From Eledone cirrhosa (lineage: Eukaryota), in assembly GCA_964016885.1 (NCBI GenBank), contig OZ024763.1, positions 30,008,001-30,072,000 of the forward strand: 64,000 nt of DNA, written 5' to 3'. Below, in pieces: positions 14,488 through 29,028 of this stretch; within the stretch, counting starts at the first letter, position 1; each line of letters starts with the position of its first letter. The position numbers were made by a program, and so were the translations under genes. Under the pieces are notes generated by a model. The model ran no database searches. It saw only the letters and a program-made list of their open reading frames with translations, and was not told the DNA's origin.

Positions 14488-15697
14488 TATATATATATAT
14501 TATATATATATATATTATATATATATATTATATATATATATATTATATATATATATATTATATATATATATATTATATATATATATATTATATATATATA
14601 TTATATATATATATATTATATATATATATATTATATATTTATATATATTATATATATATATATATTATATATATTATATATATATTATATATTATATATA
14701 TATAGAAACAATTATATATATATATTATGTATATATTATATATATATATAAATTATATATATATATATATAATATATATATATATAATATATATATATAA
14801 TATATATATATATATTATGTATATATATATATTATGTATATATTATATATATATATAATATATATATATATAATATATATATATATTATGTATATATATA
14901 TTATGTATATATTATATATATATATAATATATATATATAATATATATATATAATATATATATATATATATTATGCATATATATATTATGTATATATTATA
15001 TATATATATAATATATATATATATATTATGTATATATATATATATATATTATATTATGTATATATATATATATATTATATATATATATATTATATATATA
15101 TTATATATATATATATATTATATATATTTATATATATATTTATATATATATTTATATATATATTTATATATATATTATATATATATATAATATATATATT
15201 ATATATATATATAATATATATATATTATATATATATCCCCCATCCATTCGGTTTGTTTACTTCGTTTTTTCCTCTTTCCTTTTTTCTCTTTCTTCCTCTT
15301 TCTTCATTATCTTATATTTTCTTCCTCTCGGGGCCTTTTGATTGATAAAAAGCCTTGGGCGCGCTGCTGATCGATTTCGGTGTCCTGTTTTAAGCGCCGA
15401 AACATCTATGATCTGCAGTTAACAGCTGATGAAGGGTTTCTTCTCTTCTTTCGTCCATATTACTATCTTACACTTTGTTTACAGTAACCACACAGCCTGC
15501 TTCGTTTCTTGTAATTATATATATATATATAACAAAGGAATTGTGGTAAGGAACCAGATGGACCATAACGCACCAGAGTACTTAATACTTAGGGTAGTAG
15601 AGTGGGAAATAGGCTTGAGCTTGAGCTCTGCCGTCGGGGTCATACTTTTTCCTATATATATTTATATATTTATATATATATTTATATATCTATCTAT

Positions 15698-15955
15698 CTA
15701 AGGCGGGTAAAATTCCCGAGATCCATGGACGAGTTCTCTCCAGCGGTCTCTGTCCATCATTATCGCTGCCATATCCTGCATCTCCAACAGACCAGTGTCT
15801 GTCCTTAGGGCATCAACATATGTTAACCTTGGTCTTCCTCTTCTAGTGTGTCCATTTAGGGGCTCCCAAAGGAGCACTGAGTGCAATGTCAACTCTGGAT
15901 GTCGGTGAGCATGTCCAGCCAACCTCAGTCTCCTCTGTGTCACTTTTGAGCTGAC
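15698..15955 (-). mobile_element. RTE-clade LINE 3' end
   Basis: RRLRLAGHAHRH...RRGRPRLTYVDAL...DRDRWRELV, followed by a (TAGA)n tail. Confidence 0.85.
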
Positions 15956-16037
15956 TTTTGAGCTGACTTTTGAGACTAAAACAAAATATATTTATATATA
16001 CGATATTAATAAATGGAAACTATATTTATAAAACCAT

Positions 16038-16112
16038 ATTTATTTCATTATACATATTTCAGGGATACCAAATTAAATTATGGTATGCCTTCATCAGACA
16101 AAATACAATATA
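16038..16112 (-). ncRNA. Type I hammerhead ribozyme (inverted copy of 16191-16266)
   Basis: Reverse complement of the plus-strand motif. Confidence 0.7.
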
Positions 16113-16190
16113 TAGACTATCCAGATGGCCTCCAAAAATAATGGTCGCATTTTAAAAGGGTACGTCAAAGCTTATTTGTAAAACTGTTAT

Positions 16191-16266
16191 ATATTGTATT
16201 TTGTCTGATGAAGGCATACCATAATTTAATTTGGTATCCCTGAAATATGTATAATGAAATAAATAT
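16191..16266 (+). ncRNA. Minimal type I hammerhead ribozyme
   Basis: Stem I ATATT-g-TATTTTGT/ATGAAATA-AATAT, core CTGATGA (16205), stem II AGGcATACCA/TGGTATcCCT, then GAAAT-ATGT-ATA; predicted cut after 16253. Confidence 0.75.
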
Positions 16267-16520
16267 AGTTTCCATTTATTAATATCGTATATCTACTCCA
16301 AATACTCGAGTGCTTTATATCAGTTATAAAAATATTTACTTGTTGTATCCCAACAATTTAAATAGAACTTTTGCATATATTTATATATATATATTTATAT
16401 ATATATATAATTATATATATATATATAATTATATATATATATATAATTATATATATATATAATTATATATATATATATATATAATTATATATATATATAT
16501 ATATAATTATATATATATAT

Positions 16521-16829
16521 TGTTATACTTTGGGAGGGTCATGTTGCCAATAAGAAACACACGCACCAGTTGTTTCACTTCAATTTAATTTATTATATAT
16601 TTATAAATTTACAAATTTATAAATTTCTGGTTGGTTGGTTGGTTCCACAACTTGTGGAACCAACCAACCAACCAGAAATTTATAAATTTATAAATATAAT
16701 AAATTAAATTGAAGTGAAACAACTGGTGCGTGTGTTTCTTATTGGCAACATGACCCTCCCAAAGTATAACAATATCGGTTTCAACACACGATTTCAGATA
16801 AAGAATCTTGCTAAACAAATTCAGAAACG

Positions 16830-16832
<3 letters not shown>
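16521..16832. mobile_element. Fold-back (TA)n-embedded element family B
   Basis: Palindrome centred near 16650; a second copy lies at 39759-39961. Confidence 0.7.
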
Positions 16833-16887
<55 letters not shown>

Positions 16888-17014
16888 ACAGTGTGGTTTC
16901 CGGTCTAGTAATTGAAACCCATGGGAACTGACGTCCAATCACATCTCTATATACTTCGGGGGGATTATCAGGGAAGGATTATCAACATCTTATCGATTGA
17001 TGGAGAGAAGGGGG

Positions 17015-17390
17015 GTTGGTGGTGGTGGTAGTACTAGTAATAGTAGTAGTAGTTGTAGTAGAGGTGTCAGTAGTAGTGGTGTTAGTAGTAGTAGTAGTAG
17101 TAGTAGTAGAGGTGTTAGTAGTTGTTGTTGTTGTTGTAGATGTGTTAGTAGTAGTTGTAGTAGTTGTTGTTGTTGTAGTGGTAGTAGAAGGAGTAGAATT
17201 GTTAGTAGTAGTGGTATTAGTAGTAGTAGTAGTAGTAGAGTTGTTAGTAGTAGAGGTGTTAGTAGTGTCAGTAGTAGTAGTAGTTGTTGTTGTTGTTGTA
17301 GATGTGTTAGTAGTAGTAGTAGTAGTAGTTGTTGTTGTTGTAGTGGTAGTAGAAGGAGTAGTAGAAGTAGTAGAGTTGTTAGTAGTAGTG

Positions 17391-17424
<34 letters not shown>

Positions 17425-17675
17425 AGTTGTTAGTTGTAGAGGTGTTAGTAGTAGTAGTAGTAGTTGTTGTTGTTGTAGTGGTAGTAGGAGTAGTAGTTGT
17501 TGTTGTTGTAGTGGTAGTAGGAGTAGTAGTAGTAGTAGTAGAGTTGTTAGTAGTAGAGGTGTTAGTAGTGTCAGTAGTAGTAGTAGTAGTAGTTGTTGTT
17601 GTAGAGGTGTTAGTAGTAGTAGTTGTTGTTGTAGTAGTAGGAGTAGTAATAGAAGTAGTAGTAACATTACTAGTA
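17015..17675. repeat. (AGT)/(TGT) compound microsatellite
   Basis: Direct inspection. Confidence 0.95.
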
Positions 17676-17885
17676 GTTTTGCTTTTGCTGCTACAGTTTC
17701 CACTTACGCAAGTTCAGTTGAGGTTTGTCGGATCTTTTAATGCTTTTGGCCCTAATCCTATCATGAAATGCAACTCGCTGACCTCGACCTTATGATCCTT
17801 AGTCCAATACCCAAACCACAAGGTCACGTGGCTGTAATTCTCCAAGGAGAGAGCAGTTCTAATGTGTAACATCTGTTATTTGTCT

Positions 17886-19052
17886 TCGAAAACAATCTAT
17901 ATGAAATGTGTGTTTTGTGAAAGTGACCCCAAAAAATGTATATGAAATGTGTTTTTGAAAGTGTCGAAAAAAAAATCTGTATGAAATGTGTGTTTAGAAA
18001 GTGACCAAAAAAAATTTATATGAAATGTTTGTTTTGTGAAAGTGTTGTAAAAAAATCTATATGAAATGTGTGTTTTGTGAAAATGACCCCAAAAAATGTA
18101 TATGAAATGTGTGTTTTTGAAAGTGTCGAAAAAAAAATCTGTATGAAATGTGTGTTTAGAAAGTGACCAAAAAAATCTAAATGAAATGTTTGTTTTGTGA
18201 AAGTGTTGTAAAAGATCTATATGAAATGTGTGTTTGTGAAAGTGTCGAAAAGAAATCTATATGAAATGTGTGTTTTGTGAAAGTGTTGTAAAAAAATCTA
18301 TATGAAATGTGTGTTTTTGAAAGTGTCAAAAAAAAATCTATATGAAATGTGTGTTTGCGAAAGTGTCGAAAAGAAATCTATATGAAATGTGTGTTTTGTG
18401 AAAGTGTCGAAAAAAAAATCTGTATGAAATGTGTGTTTAGAAAGTGACCAAAAAAAATCTATATGAAATGTGTGTTTTTGAAAGTGTCGAAAAAAAATCT
18501 ATATGAAATGTGTGTTTTGTGAAAGTGTCGAAAAACAATCTATATGAAATGTGTGTTTGTGAAAGTGTCGAAAAGAAATCTATATGAAATGTGTGTTTTG
18601 TGAAAGTGTCGAAAAAAAAATCTGTATGAAATGTGTGTTTAGAAAGTGACCAAAAAAAATCTATATGAAATGTGCGTTTTGTGAAAGTGCTGTAAAACAA
18701 TCTATATGAAATGTGTGTTTTGTGAAAGTGTCGAAAAACAATCTATATGAAATGTGTGTTTTGTGAAAGTGTTGTAAAAAAATCTATATGAAATGTGTGT
18801 TTTGTGAAAGTGTCGAAAAACAATCTATATGAAATGTGTGTTTGTGAAAGTGCCGAAAAGAAATCTATATGAAATGTGTGTTTTGTGAAAGTGCCGAAAA
18901 AAAAATCTGTATGAAATGTGTGTTTAGAAAGTGACCAAAAAAAATCTATATGAAATGTGCGTTTTGTGAAAGTGCTGTAAAACAATCTATATGAAATGTG
19001 TGTTTTGTGAAAGTGTGGTAAAAAAAATCTAGATGAAATGTGTGTTTGTGAA
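17886..19052. repeat. Minisatellite with a 39-41 bp unit, about 29 copies
   Basis: Unit AAAAAATCTATATGAAATGTGTGTTTTGTGAAAGTGTCG. Confidence 0.95.
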
Positions 19053-19152
19053 AGGTCTCTCCTCCACCACCACCTACCTCTCCCTTTTGCCAAATACCTG
19101 CAAATATATTGCTCTTCTGCTACTCGCATTCCATCACTAAATATACACAGAC

Positions 19153-19248
<96 letters not shown>

Positions 19249-20931
19249 TCTTATATCAACCTTTCAGTGGTTTATTAGTGTGGTGGAGAGTGGGGTGTAA
19301 ACCTTTTTCTTCTACAATACAAACTCGCTTTCTCTCATTCCCTCATGCTTTATCTCTCTCTCACTCTCACCCTCTCTCTCTCTCTCACTCACCCTCTTTC
19401 TCGTGCCCTCTCTCACTCCCCCTCTCTCCCATGCTCCCTCTCAGTCCCTCTCTATCTATCTATAGAACTATATATCTATCTATCTATCTGTCTATCTATA
19501 TATCTACCTATATCTATTTCTCTCTCTCTCTCTCTCTACATATATATATCCTCTGTCTGTTTGTCTCTCTATCTATATTTCTGTCTGTCTCTCTATCTAT
19601 CTACCTATCTGTGTGTATATATCTATTACTCTCTGTCTCTCTCTCTCTCGCTCTCTCTTAATCTTTCTGTTTTTAACCACCACATCGACTACTACTACAT
19701 CACCATGAATACATCACCACCACTACAACACCACCATCACCACACCACTACACCGCCACCACCACCAACAACACCACCACTATACCACCACACCACTACA
19801 CCACCACCACCATCACCACACCACCACCACCATCACCACACCACCACCATCACCACACCACCACCACTACACCACCACCACCACTACACCACCACTACAC
19901 CAAAACCACCACCACTACACCACCACCCCACCACTACACCACCACCACTACACCACCACCACCACTACACCACCACCACTACACCACCACCACTACACCA
20001 CCACATCACCACCACCACTACACACCACCACCACTACACACCACCACCACACCACCACCACACCACCAAACCACCACCACCACCACTACACCACCATCAC
20101 CACTATACCACCACCACCACCACTACACCACCACCACCACCACCACCACTACACCACCACTACACCACCACCACCACCACTACCACCACTACCACCACCA
20201 CCACACCACCACCACCACCACCACCAATATGGAGTTATATATTATCTGCTGTGGCAAAAAGCTATAAATCAGATTTCATAATATTGACTTTATGATGAAA
20301 CAGATTGATTAAGAGAGTTCTGCCTATCGAGGGTGTATATATGTGTGTATATATGTATGTATATATGTGTGTATATATATGTGTGTGCATATATCTGTGT
20401 TTGTATATATGTGTGTCTATATGTGTGTATATATGTATGTGTGTGCATATGTGTGTATTTATGTGAGTGTGTATATATGTATGTATATATGTGTGTATAT
20501 ATATATGTGTGTGGATATGTGTGTTTATGTGTGAGAGTGTATATGTGTATATATATATATGTGTATGCTGTGTATGTATATGTGTGTCTATATGTGTGTC
20601 TATATATATGTACGTGTGTGCAGATGTGTGTATTGATATGTGAGTATATATGTGTATATATGTATGTATATGTGTATGTATAAATATTTTTATACGTGTT
20701 TGAGTCTGTATATATGTGTATATGTGTGTGTATATGTATGAATATGTGTGAATATATATGTGTGTATATATATATATGTATATATGTGTGTGTATATATA
20801 TATATGTATATATGTGTATACATCTGTGTGTGTAAACGTATATATGTGTGTATATAAGTGTGTATATGAATAAACTGGATATGGTGTAGCAGTTATATAT
20901 ATATAAGTCCATATATAAGTTATATATATAT

Positions 20932-21071
20932 TAGTCCAGAATTAGCCGTCGAAACGGCTTGAGCTCAGCCGTCGGGGTCCTACTCGTTCCTATTACCCAC
21001 TCTACTACCCTAAGTATTGAGTACTTTGGTGCGTTATGGTCCACCTGGTTCCTTACCACATTTCCTTCGTT
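20932..21071 (+). mobile_element. Family A element, un-rearranged copy
   Basis: Collinear CAGAATTAGCCGTCGAAACGG...CTACCCTAAGTATTGAGTAC...TTCCTTCGT, followed by (TA)n. Confidence 0.75.
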
Positions 21072-21538
21072 ATATATATATATATACTTCGGCTGCTAAC
21101 CTCTGCCCGACCGACCCCATTTCACGCGCACGCGCGCTCTGCTGAATACCTCAGATATTCAAAACAACAAACAGCGGAGGACGCGTTTCGCACCTTTCCG
21201 ACAGACAACCTTACCCCCACCTCGGAAAAAAAACCCAGTTGATGGATGTGAATCCGAAATATACAGGGACAATTAAATCTCTCCCAAGGTAACTCTCTCT
21301 CGTGTTGTTATTTTTATTTTATCCTTTATACTCTTTCCTTCATTCTTCTACACGTCTTATACACGCCACGCATCTCAACGTACACCCACTTACATCTCTC
21401 TCTCCACCACCGGATCTTGTTACCCGGAGATTTACCCATTTGCATTGTCGAGGCTTCCAAACGACTTAAAGATATTTACCTATTATTCCACAATGCTTCA
21501 AGCAAACTTCAATACTCTCATATATATATATATATATA

Positions 21539-21757
21539 GTAATAATAATAAATTTGAAGACTAAAATCCAAAGAGGGCTCGATAAGGATAGATATATATC
21601 AAATATATAAGAACCGTAGAGCAAATATTTATTAAAATAACAGATTAAAGTTTAAGCAAAGAATCGCTGCTTTCACCCTTAACGGGATCTTCTGAACCCG
21701 TTAAGGGTGAAAGCAGCGATTCTTTGCTTAAACTTTAATCTGTTATTTTAATAAATA
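21539..21757. mobile_element. Fold-back element family D
   Basis: 21626-21686 is inverted at 21697-21757; related copies at 61683-61849 and partially near 55905-55945. Confidence 0.7.
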
Positions 21758-21762
21758 TAAAT

Positions 21763-21829
<67 letters not shown>

Positions 21830-21831
<2 letters not shown>

Positions 21832-22025
21832 CGTACGTTATTCCGGGTTGAATCGGAGGTAACCACAGTAAGTAAGGTACTCAATACATTGCAGAGTATA
21901 AAAGTTTTAATATAGATGTGATTCTACAGGACTAGAACTGTTTCATTCTTTAGAAATCATCATGATTCCTGATGATTTCTAAAGAATGAAACAGTTCTAG
22001 TCTTGTAGAATCTCATCTATATTAA
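21830..22025. mobile_element. Fold-back fragment centred on CTGATGA-hairpin-GAAAC
   Basis: 21909-21962 is inverted at 21970-22024; flanked by (TA)n. Confidence 0.65.
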
Positions 22026-22082
22026 AAAAAAATATATAAATATATATATATATATGTATATATATATATGTATATATATATG

Positions 22083-22161
<79 letters not shown>

Positions 22162-22215
22162 ACTATATATATATATATAGTTATGTAATAAACAGAATGA
22201 AAAAATCCTGGTTTT

Positions 22216-22273
22216 TTCATTCTGAGGATTGAAAGCAAAATCTTTTGCTTTTAAGAAACCGCTGGTAAATGGA
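22216..22273 (+). ncRNA. Type I hammerhead ribozyme with a fully canonical core
   Basis: Stem I TTCATT/AATGGA, core CTGAGGA (22222), stem II TTGAAAGCAAA/TTTGCTTTTAA, then GAAAC-C-GCT-G-GTA; predicted cut after 22267. Confidence 0.8.
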
Positions 22274-22370
22274 ATAATTGCCTTATGTTGTTTATTACAT
22301 AACTATTAAGCTCTATTACCTACATACAGCACTCTTTTTTCCTGGACTTTTCCGACGGAATTACTTCGTT

Positions 22371-22438
<68 letters not shown>

Positions 22439-22558
22439 TGTACGCATTGTATATTTAATAAGATACTGTATGTTTATTTTAAAATATTTTGAAGGCCTTT
22501 TGTTATGAATTTAAGGTAGAGGCTATAGTGGCAAACCTAGCCTCAACGAAAGCAAAGG

Positions 22559-22610
22559 GGAGTAACGGACGCGTTTCTCACTCTTGAGCAGTTATCAAGG
22601 TTATATACTC
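22559..22610 (-). ncRNA. Variant hammerhead (UUGAUAA core) inside inverted repeat 22450-22703
   Basis: Minus strand reads gagtatataacc-TTGATAA-ctgctc.aa.gagtga-GAAAC-GC-GTC-cgttactc. Confidence 0.5.
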
Positions 22611-23498
22611 GTCAGCTTTTAAAAAAAACAGAGGGGTTTGTAAATTCATGACGAAAGGCTTTCAAAATGTTTTAAAATAAACATACAGTATATTATTAAA
22701 TATATATATATATATAAGAGTTTTCCAAGAGATAGCAACATGAATGGACCTGTTATTTTTATCTAAAGACATTTTTCCAATTCCACCCCACCCGTCCCTT
22801 CAATCTTCCTCATCTCTCATTCTTTCCTCTGTTGAAGGACTAGCGTCCGAAACGTTAAAACCCTATTCCTGATATTTCAAGCGCTAATCTAATATATTTC
22901 TTCCATATACTGTACCGATTGTGTTGTTATTTCTGTTTTGTTGAACAAACGAGCAACGATGGTTGCTAGACACTACGGCTTAATACGGGATGTTTGTTTA
23001 CAAACACACCGAGCATTATAATAAATGTTCGGTGAATCCATACGTACATATATGTATATGTGTGCATGTATGTATATATATATATGTGTGTATGTATATA
23101 TGTATATATATATATATATGTGTGTGTATGTATATATATATATATATATATGTGTATGTATATATGTATATATGTATATATATATATATATATATGTGTG
23201 TATGTATATATATATATATATGTGTGTGTATGTATATATGTATATATATATATATATATATGTGTATGTATATATGTATATATATATATATATATATATG
23301 TGTATGTATATATATATATATGTGTATGTATATATATATATATATGTGTGTATGTATATATATATATATGTGTATGTATATATATATATATATGTGTGTG
23401 TATGTATATATATATATATATATGTGTGTATGTATATATATATATATATATATATGTGTGTATGTATATATGTATGTATATATATATATGTATATATA

Positions 23499-24100
23499 TG
23501 TCAGGTCACCAGTTGGTGCTACTGGTAACATGTATCCCAGTACAACCTGTCCCATGGTCGGGTCGTTGGCGACTAAACTGGCAACCCCACCAAGGTTTCT
23601 TGGTGAGGAGGGTGACTTTGGACATCCTGCAGGACTAAAAACAAAACCTGGCAAAGGAGCTCTTAAGAGTCAATGGCCATCCAAAATCACCGGGAGAGAT
23701 GACCCCTTAGCCTTTGTCAAGGCAGAATTCTAAGAGAAGGAAAACTCTGATATAACACCTGCAACCCTGATGGTATCCAATGATGTTGACTTATTCTTCT
23801 TTTTGGTAAATATCATCTTGGTTAAGAGAGTGGGACTGGCTTTGTGCAGTGCCTTTGCTCACTATAAAAGCTTCACGGCACAGGCATTGCTTTGTATCTG
23901 GAGATCTCTCTACACTTGTCGTCACATGGTACCAAAGGCCCAACACTATGTGTCAATAATTGTCACAGGTGTAGTGTTTGTACCAGAGTTTTCAAGTCGC
24001 TGGCTGGACTAAAAGTCACACTTGTTTAGCGCATCGGTAGGGGTTCTCCTACATGGATATAAAGTAGTGGCCGTACTCGAAAACGAGTTGGCAGCCACCA
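23499..24100 (+). mobile_element. ~600 bp non-coding element in (TA)n (non-autonomous RTE derivative or solo LTR), copy 1
   Basis: Near-identical inverted copy at 32880-33489; AGAAGGAAAACTCTGA resembles RTE 5'UTRs (from recall); TG...CA ends. Confidence 0.7.
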
Positions 24101-24242
24101 TGTATATATATATATATATGTGTGTATGTATATATGTATGTATATATATATATATATGTGTGTATGTATATATGTATGTATATTTATATATATATATGTG
24201 TATGTATATATGTATATATATATGTATATATATGGGTGTATG

Positions 24243-24284
<42 letters not shown>

Positions 24285-24455
24285 ATGTATATATGTATGT
24301 ATATATATATATATGTGTATGTATGTATGTATATATATATATATGTGTATGTATATATGTATATATATATATATGTGTGTGTGTATGTATATATGTATAT
24401 ATATGTATATATGTGTGTGTGTATGTATATATGTATATATATATATGTATATATG

Positions 24456-24486
<31 letters not shown>

Positions 24487-24587
24487 GTATATATATGTAT
24501 ATATATATATGTATATATATGTATATATATATATATGTATATATATATGTATATATATATATACATGTATATATATGTATATATATG

Positions 24588-24620
<33 letters not shown>

Positions 24621-24699
24621 GTATATGTATATATATATATATGTATATAAATATATATGTATATATATATATGTATATAAATATGTATATATATATATG

Positions 24700-24752
<53 letters not shown>

Positions 24753-25365
24753 GAAAAAATATCCTTGCTCTTGCTCGTGACGAAGCGAAAGTGTATTTGA
24801 ATACATATAAAAATGAGAAAACTCAACGCTAGAACAGACGAAGAAAAGGAGGAAGAAGAAGAAGAAGCGGGAGAAGAAGAGGGAAGAGGAGGAAAACTGA
24901 CAATCAATAAAGATTTTTCTTTCATTTTTTTTTTCTCTGTTTATTTCATATCGTTTTGCTGTGAAATGGCTGACTAGCCATTCAACGGATGTTGCCTTTT
25001 CTCAAGATGGTGACTTCCGTTATTTAAAACTTGTATCATCACAGCAGCCATATATACTTTCAAATATCTTCCATTTTGTTCTCGAATTTAGCGGTTTTTG
25101 TTGCGGATTTTGTTGGTGTTTACGTGGAATTTTCATGAGGATTTTGTTGGGAGGTTTTTGAAGGGTTTTTTTCGTAGATATTTGGTGGGGTTTGGTCGGG
25201 TTTTGGTGGGGTTTTTGTGAGGTTTGGTGGGGTTTCGTGGTGATTGTGTTGTGTGTGTTTGTTTTGTTGTGTGTTTGTTTTTAAATATTTCCACGGAGTA
25301 TTGTTCTGTCGAGATTAATTTTTCCTAAACGTTCTTACAGATACAGTGTGTTGTCTGTGTGTGGC

Positions 25366-25396
<31 letters not shown>

Positions 25397-25523
25397 CTGT
25401 GTGTGGCTATATATATATATATGTGTGTGTATGTGTGCGTGTCTGTGAGTGGCTATATTTATGTGTGTATGTGAGTCTGTGTGTGGCTATATATATATAT
25501 ATATATGTGTGTCTGTATGTGGC

Positions 25524-25560
<37 letters not shown>

Positions 25561-26633
25561 ATGTGTCTGTGTGTGGGTATATATATATGTGTGTGTGTGT
25601 ATGTGAATGGTTATGCAAGAATCTGTGTGTGCGAGAGTGAATGATTGTGTGTGTTTGTGTGTGTGTATGATTGTGCCTGAGTGTAAGTGTGAATGGTTAT
25701 GCATGTGTGTGTGTGAAAGAGAACGATTGTGTGTGTATGTGTGTGTACCTCTGTGTCGTGTATGTGTGTGGGTGTATGAGTGTGTGTGTGTGAATGGTTA
25801 TGCATGAGTGTGTGTGTGTGTGAACGATTATGTGTGAACATGTGTGTGTGTTTGTGTGAATGATCATAACTGAATATGTGTGTGTAAATAATAATGCGTG
25901 TGTGTGTGTGAGAACATGTTTAGTGGGTATATATGTATACGTTTTTTCTCTAGGTTATGTATAGATGTATGTATACACACATGTATGCACATATACATGT
26001 GGGTATAGTATACATGCATGTATGTACACAGACATGTATGTATAAATCCATGTGTATGCATGCATGTATGTATACATGCATGTATACATGCATACATACA
26101 TGCATGTATGTACACATGCGTGTATGTATAAATGCTTATATGCATAAATCCATGTGTGTATCCATGTATATATACATGCACGTATGTATATATACATATA
26201 TGCATGTATACATGCATATATGTATGTATGTACACATGCATGTATATATATATATATATGCATGCATGTGATCGCATATGTGCGCATATTTGCATATATG
26301 TATATACGGCTGTTGTATGCAAATATATGTTCGTTCGTGTGTATATACGCATGTGTATATAGCGGATATATGGGGTATATAGGTTGGGGAGTTTGTTTTC
26401 CTAGTATAGTGTTGTAACAATTTCAATACAAATTTAAATTTATATTATTTATTTAAGCGAGATATATACATGTTTACATGCATATTTAGTTAAATATATA
26501 CATGTGCATGCGTATACATACACACATATATACATACATGTATAAATATATATATGTGTGTATATAAGTGTGCATGTGTGCATATATATATATGTATGTT
26601 TATATGTATATATGTATATGTATATATACATGA

Positions 26634-26671
<38 letters not shown>

Positions 26672-26859
26672 CATGATGTGCATATATATATATGTGTATG
26701 TATGCATGTATATATATATATATATATTTGTGTGTGTGTGTGTATTAATGTGTGTGTGTGCGCGTGTATGTATGTGTGTTTGCTAAAAACTCTAGTTTTT
26801 TATGTCAATATGTTGCTTCATTTTACAGCATCTCACTTCTAGCAGGCAATATTTTCAGA

Positions 26860-26891
<32 letters not shown>

Positions 26892-27198
26892 GTGTATACA
26901 TACATATGTATATACATACATATGTGTGTATATATATACATATATGTGTGTATATATATACATATATGTGTGTATATATATACATATATATGTATATTTA
27001 TATACATACATATGTGTGTATATATATATACATATATGTGTACATATATATATACATATATGTGTATATATATATGTGTGTATATATACATATATGCATA
27101 TATATATACACGTGTATATATATATATTTATGCATATACATATATACACACACACACATACACACAGACACACACATACATATATATATATATATACA

Positions 27199-27235
<37 letters not shown>

Positions 27236-28031
27236 ATAATTTAATATAAAAACACGAACAAATCAAAAACCGAAATCCTGCAAAATGGCTGCCATGAGAT
27301 TTCGTGGTTAAGCATAACTTAAACCGAAGAGAAGAACGTTATTCATATTTTTACTTCGAAATTTTCCCTCCACTTTGTTTGTTTATTTTATCTTCACATA
27401 TTTTTGTATATTCTTACTGCTCTATATATATTTTGTTTTAGTATATCGTTTGAGACGGATGGTTCCTCTCACTTGCAATGAATTTAGTATTGTTGTTATT
27501 GTGGCGGGATTTTATTTATATATATATTATTTTATATTTTTTTGTTACTAATATAATTATTGTTGTTATTGTGGTGTTTTTTTATTCATATATATATTAT
27601 TTTATTTGTATTTTTTGTTACTATAATCATTATTATTGTTATTGTTGTTATTATTTTTATATTTATTTTATTTTTGTTATTGTGGGGTTGTTTATCTATA
27701 TATATATTTATTTTATATTTTTTATACTAATATTATTATTATTGACTGATGGGCGGAGGGGTGACTTGTTTGGTGTTGTTGTTATTGTTGTTGTTGTTTT
27801 GGAGGGTAGAGTGGTCGTGTGTGCAGGAGTGTGTTTCTTATATGTATGTATATATATGTATATATATATATATATAAGTATGTATATATGTATGTATATA
27901 TATATATGTATATATGTATGTATATATGTATATATATGTATGTGTATATGTATGTATATATGTATGTATATGTATGTATATATGTATATATATGTATGTG
28001 TATATATATGTATGTATATATATGTATGTGT

Positions 28032-28062
<31 letters not shown>

Positions 28063-28071
28063 GGTATATAT

Positions 28072-28103
<32 letters not shown>

Positions 28104-28104
28104 G

Positions 28105-28139
<35 letters not shown>

Positions 28140-28150
28140 GTATGTATATT

Positions 28151-28184
<34 letters not shown>

Positions 28185-28657
28185 TGTATGTATATTTATA
28201 TATATATATATGTATGTATATATATATATATATATATGTATGTATATTTATATATATATATATATGTATGTATGTATATATATACATATATATGTATATG
28301 TATATATATATATACATATATATGTGTATGTATATATGTATCTATTTGTGTGTATGTATATATATATGTATCTATTTGTATATATGTATATATATGTATG
28401 TATGTGTATGTATATATATATGTATCTATGTGTATATATGTATATGTATGTATGTGTATATATGTATATATATGTATGTATGTGTATATATATATGTATG
28501 TGTATATATATATATATATGTATGTATATATATATGTATGTATGTGTTTTATATATATATATATATATGTATGTATATATATGTATATGTATGTAAGTGT
28601 ATATATATATATATGTATGTATATATATGTATATATATATACATATATATGTGTATG

Positions 28658-28691
<34 letters not shown>

Positions 28692-28911
28692 TATGTGTAT
28701 GTATATATATATATATATATACATATATATTTGTATGTATATACATGTATATATATATATACAGTTTTTTCCGTTGTGTTGTAATATAAATATTACACAC
28801 AGTAGATTATCAGCTCACGTAGAGTTTGCTCGACGGTTCCAGTTGTAGTTCCAAAAGTAATCCGGAGAAAAATAGAAAGATTTGAATGGATACAGTTTAG
28901 TTGAAAGGAAT

Positions 28912-29028
28912 TTATTGACACGTGTTTCTATAACAGTTACATAACCTAAAACAGCTATCTACAAACTTTTAGTTATGCAGACATTCAATATTTCAATGTT
29001 ATTGTTTACTGTCATTTCATCAGAATAA
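28912..29028 (-). ncRNA. Hammerhead ribozyme with branched stem II in the Penelope 3' pLTR (sense orientation)
   Basis: Reverse complement of 31794-31910. Confidence 0.65.

Noticed and set aside
18437-19249. His/Phe-rich repeat ORFs
   Set aside because: Translation of the minisatellite; the frame is not preserved between units.
23770-24012. 80 aa ORF conserved in two places (also 32969-33211)
   Set aside because: Explained by recent repeat copies; no recognisable domain.
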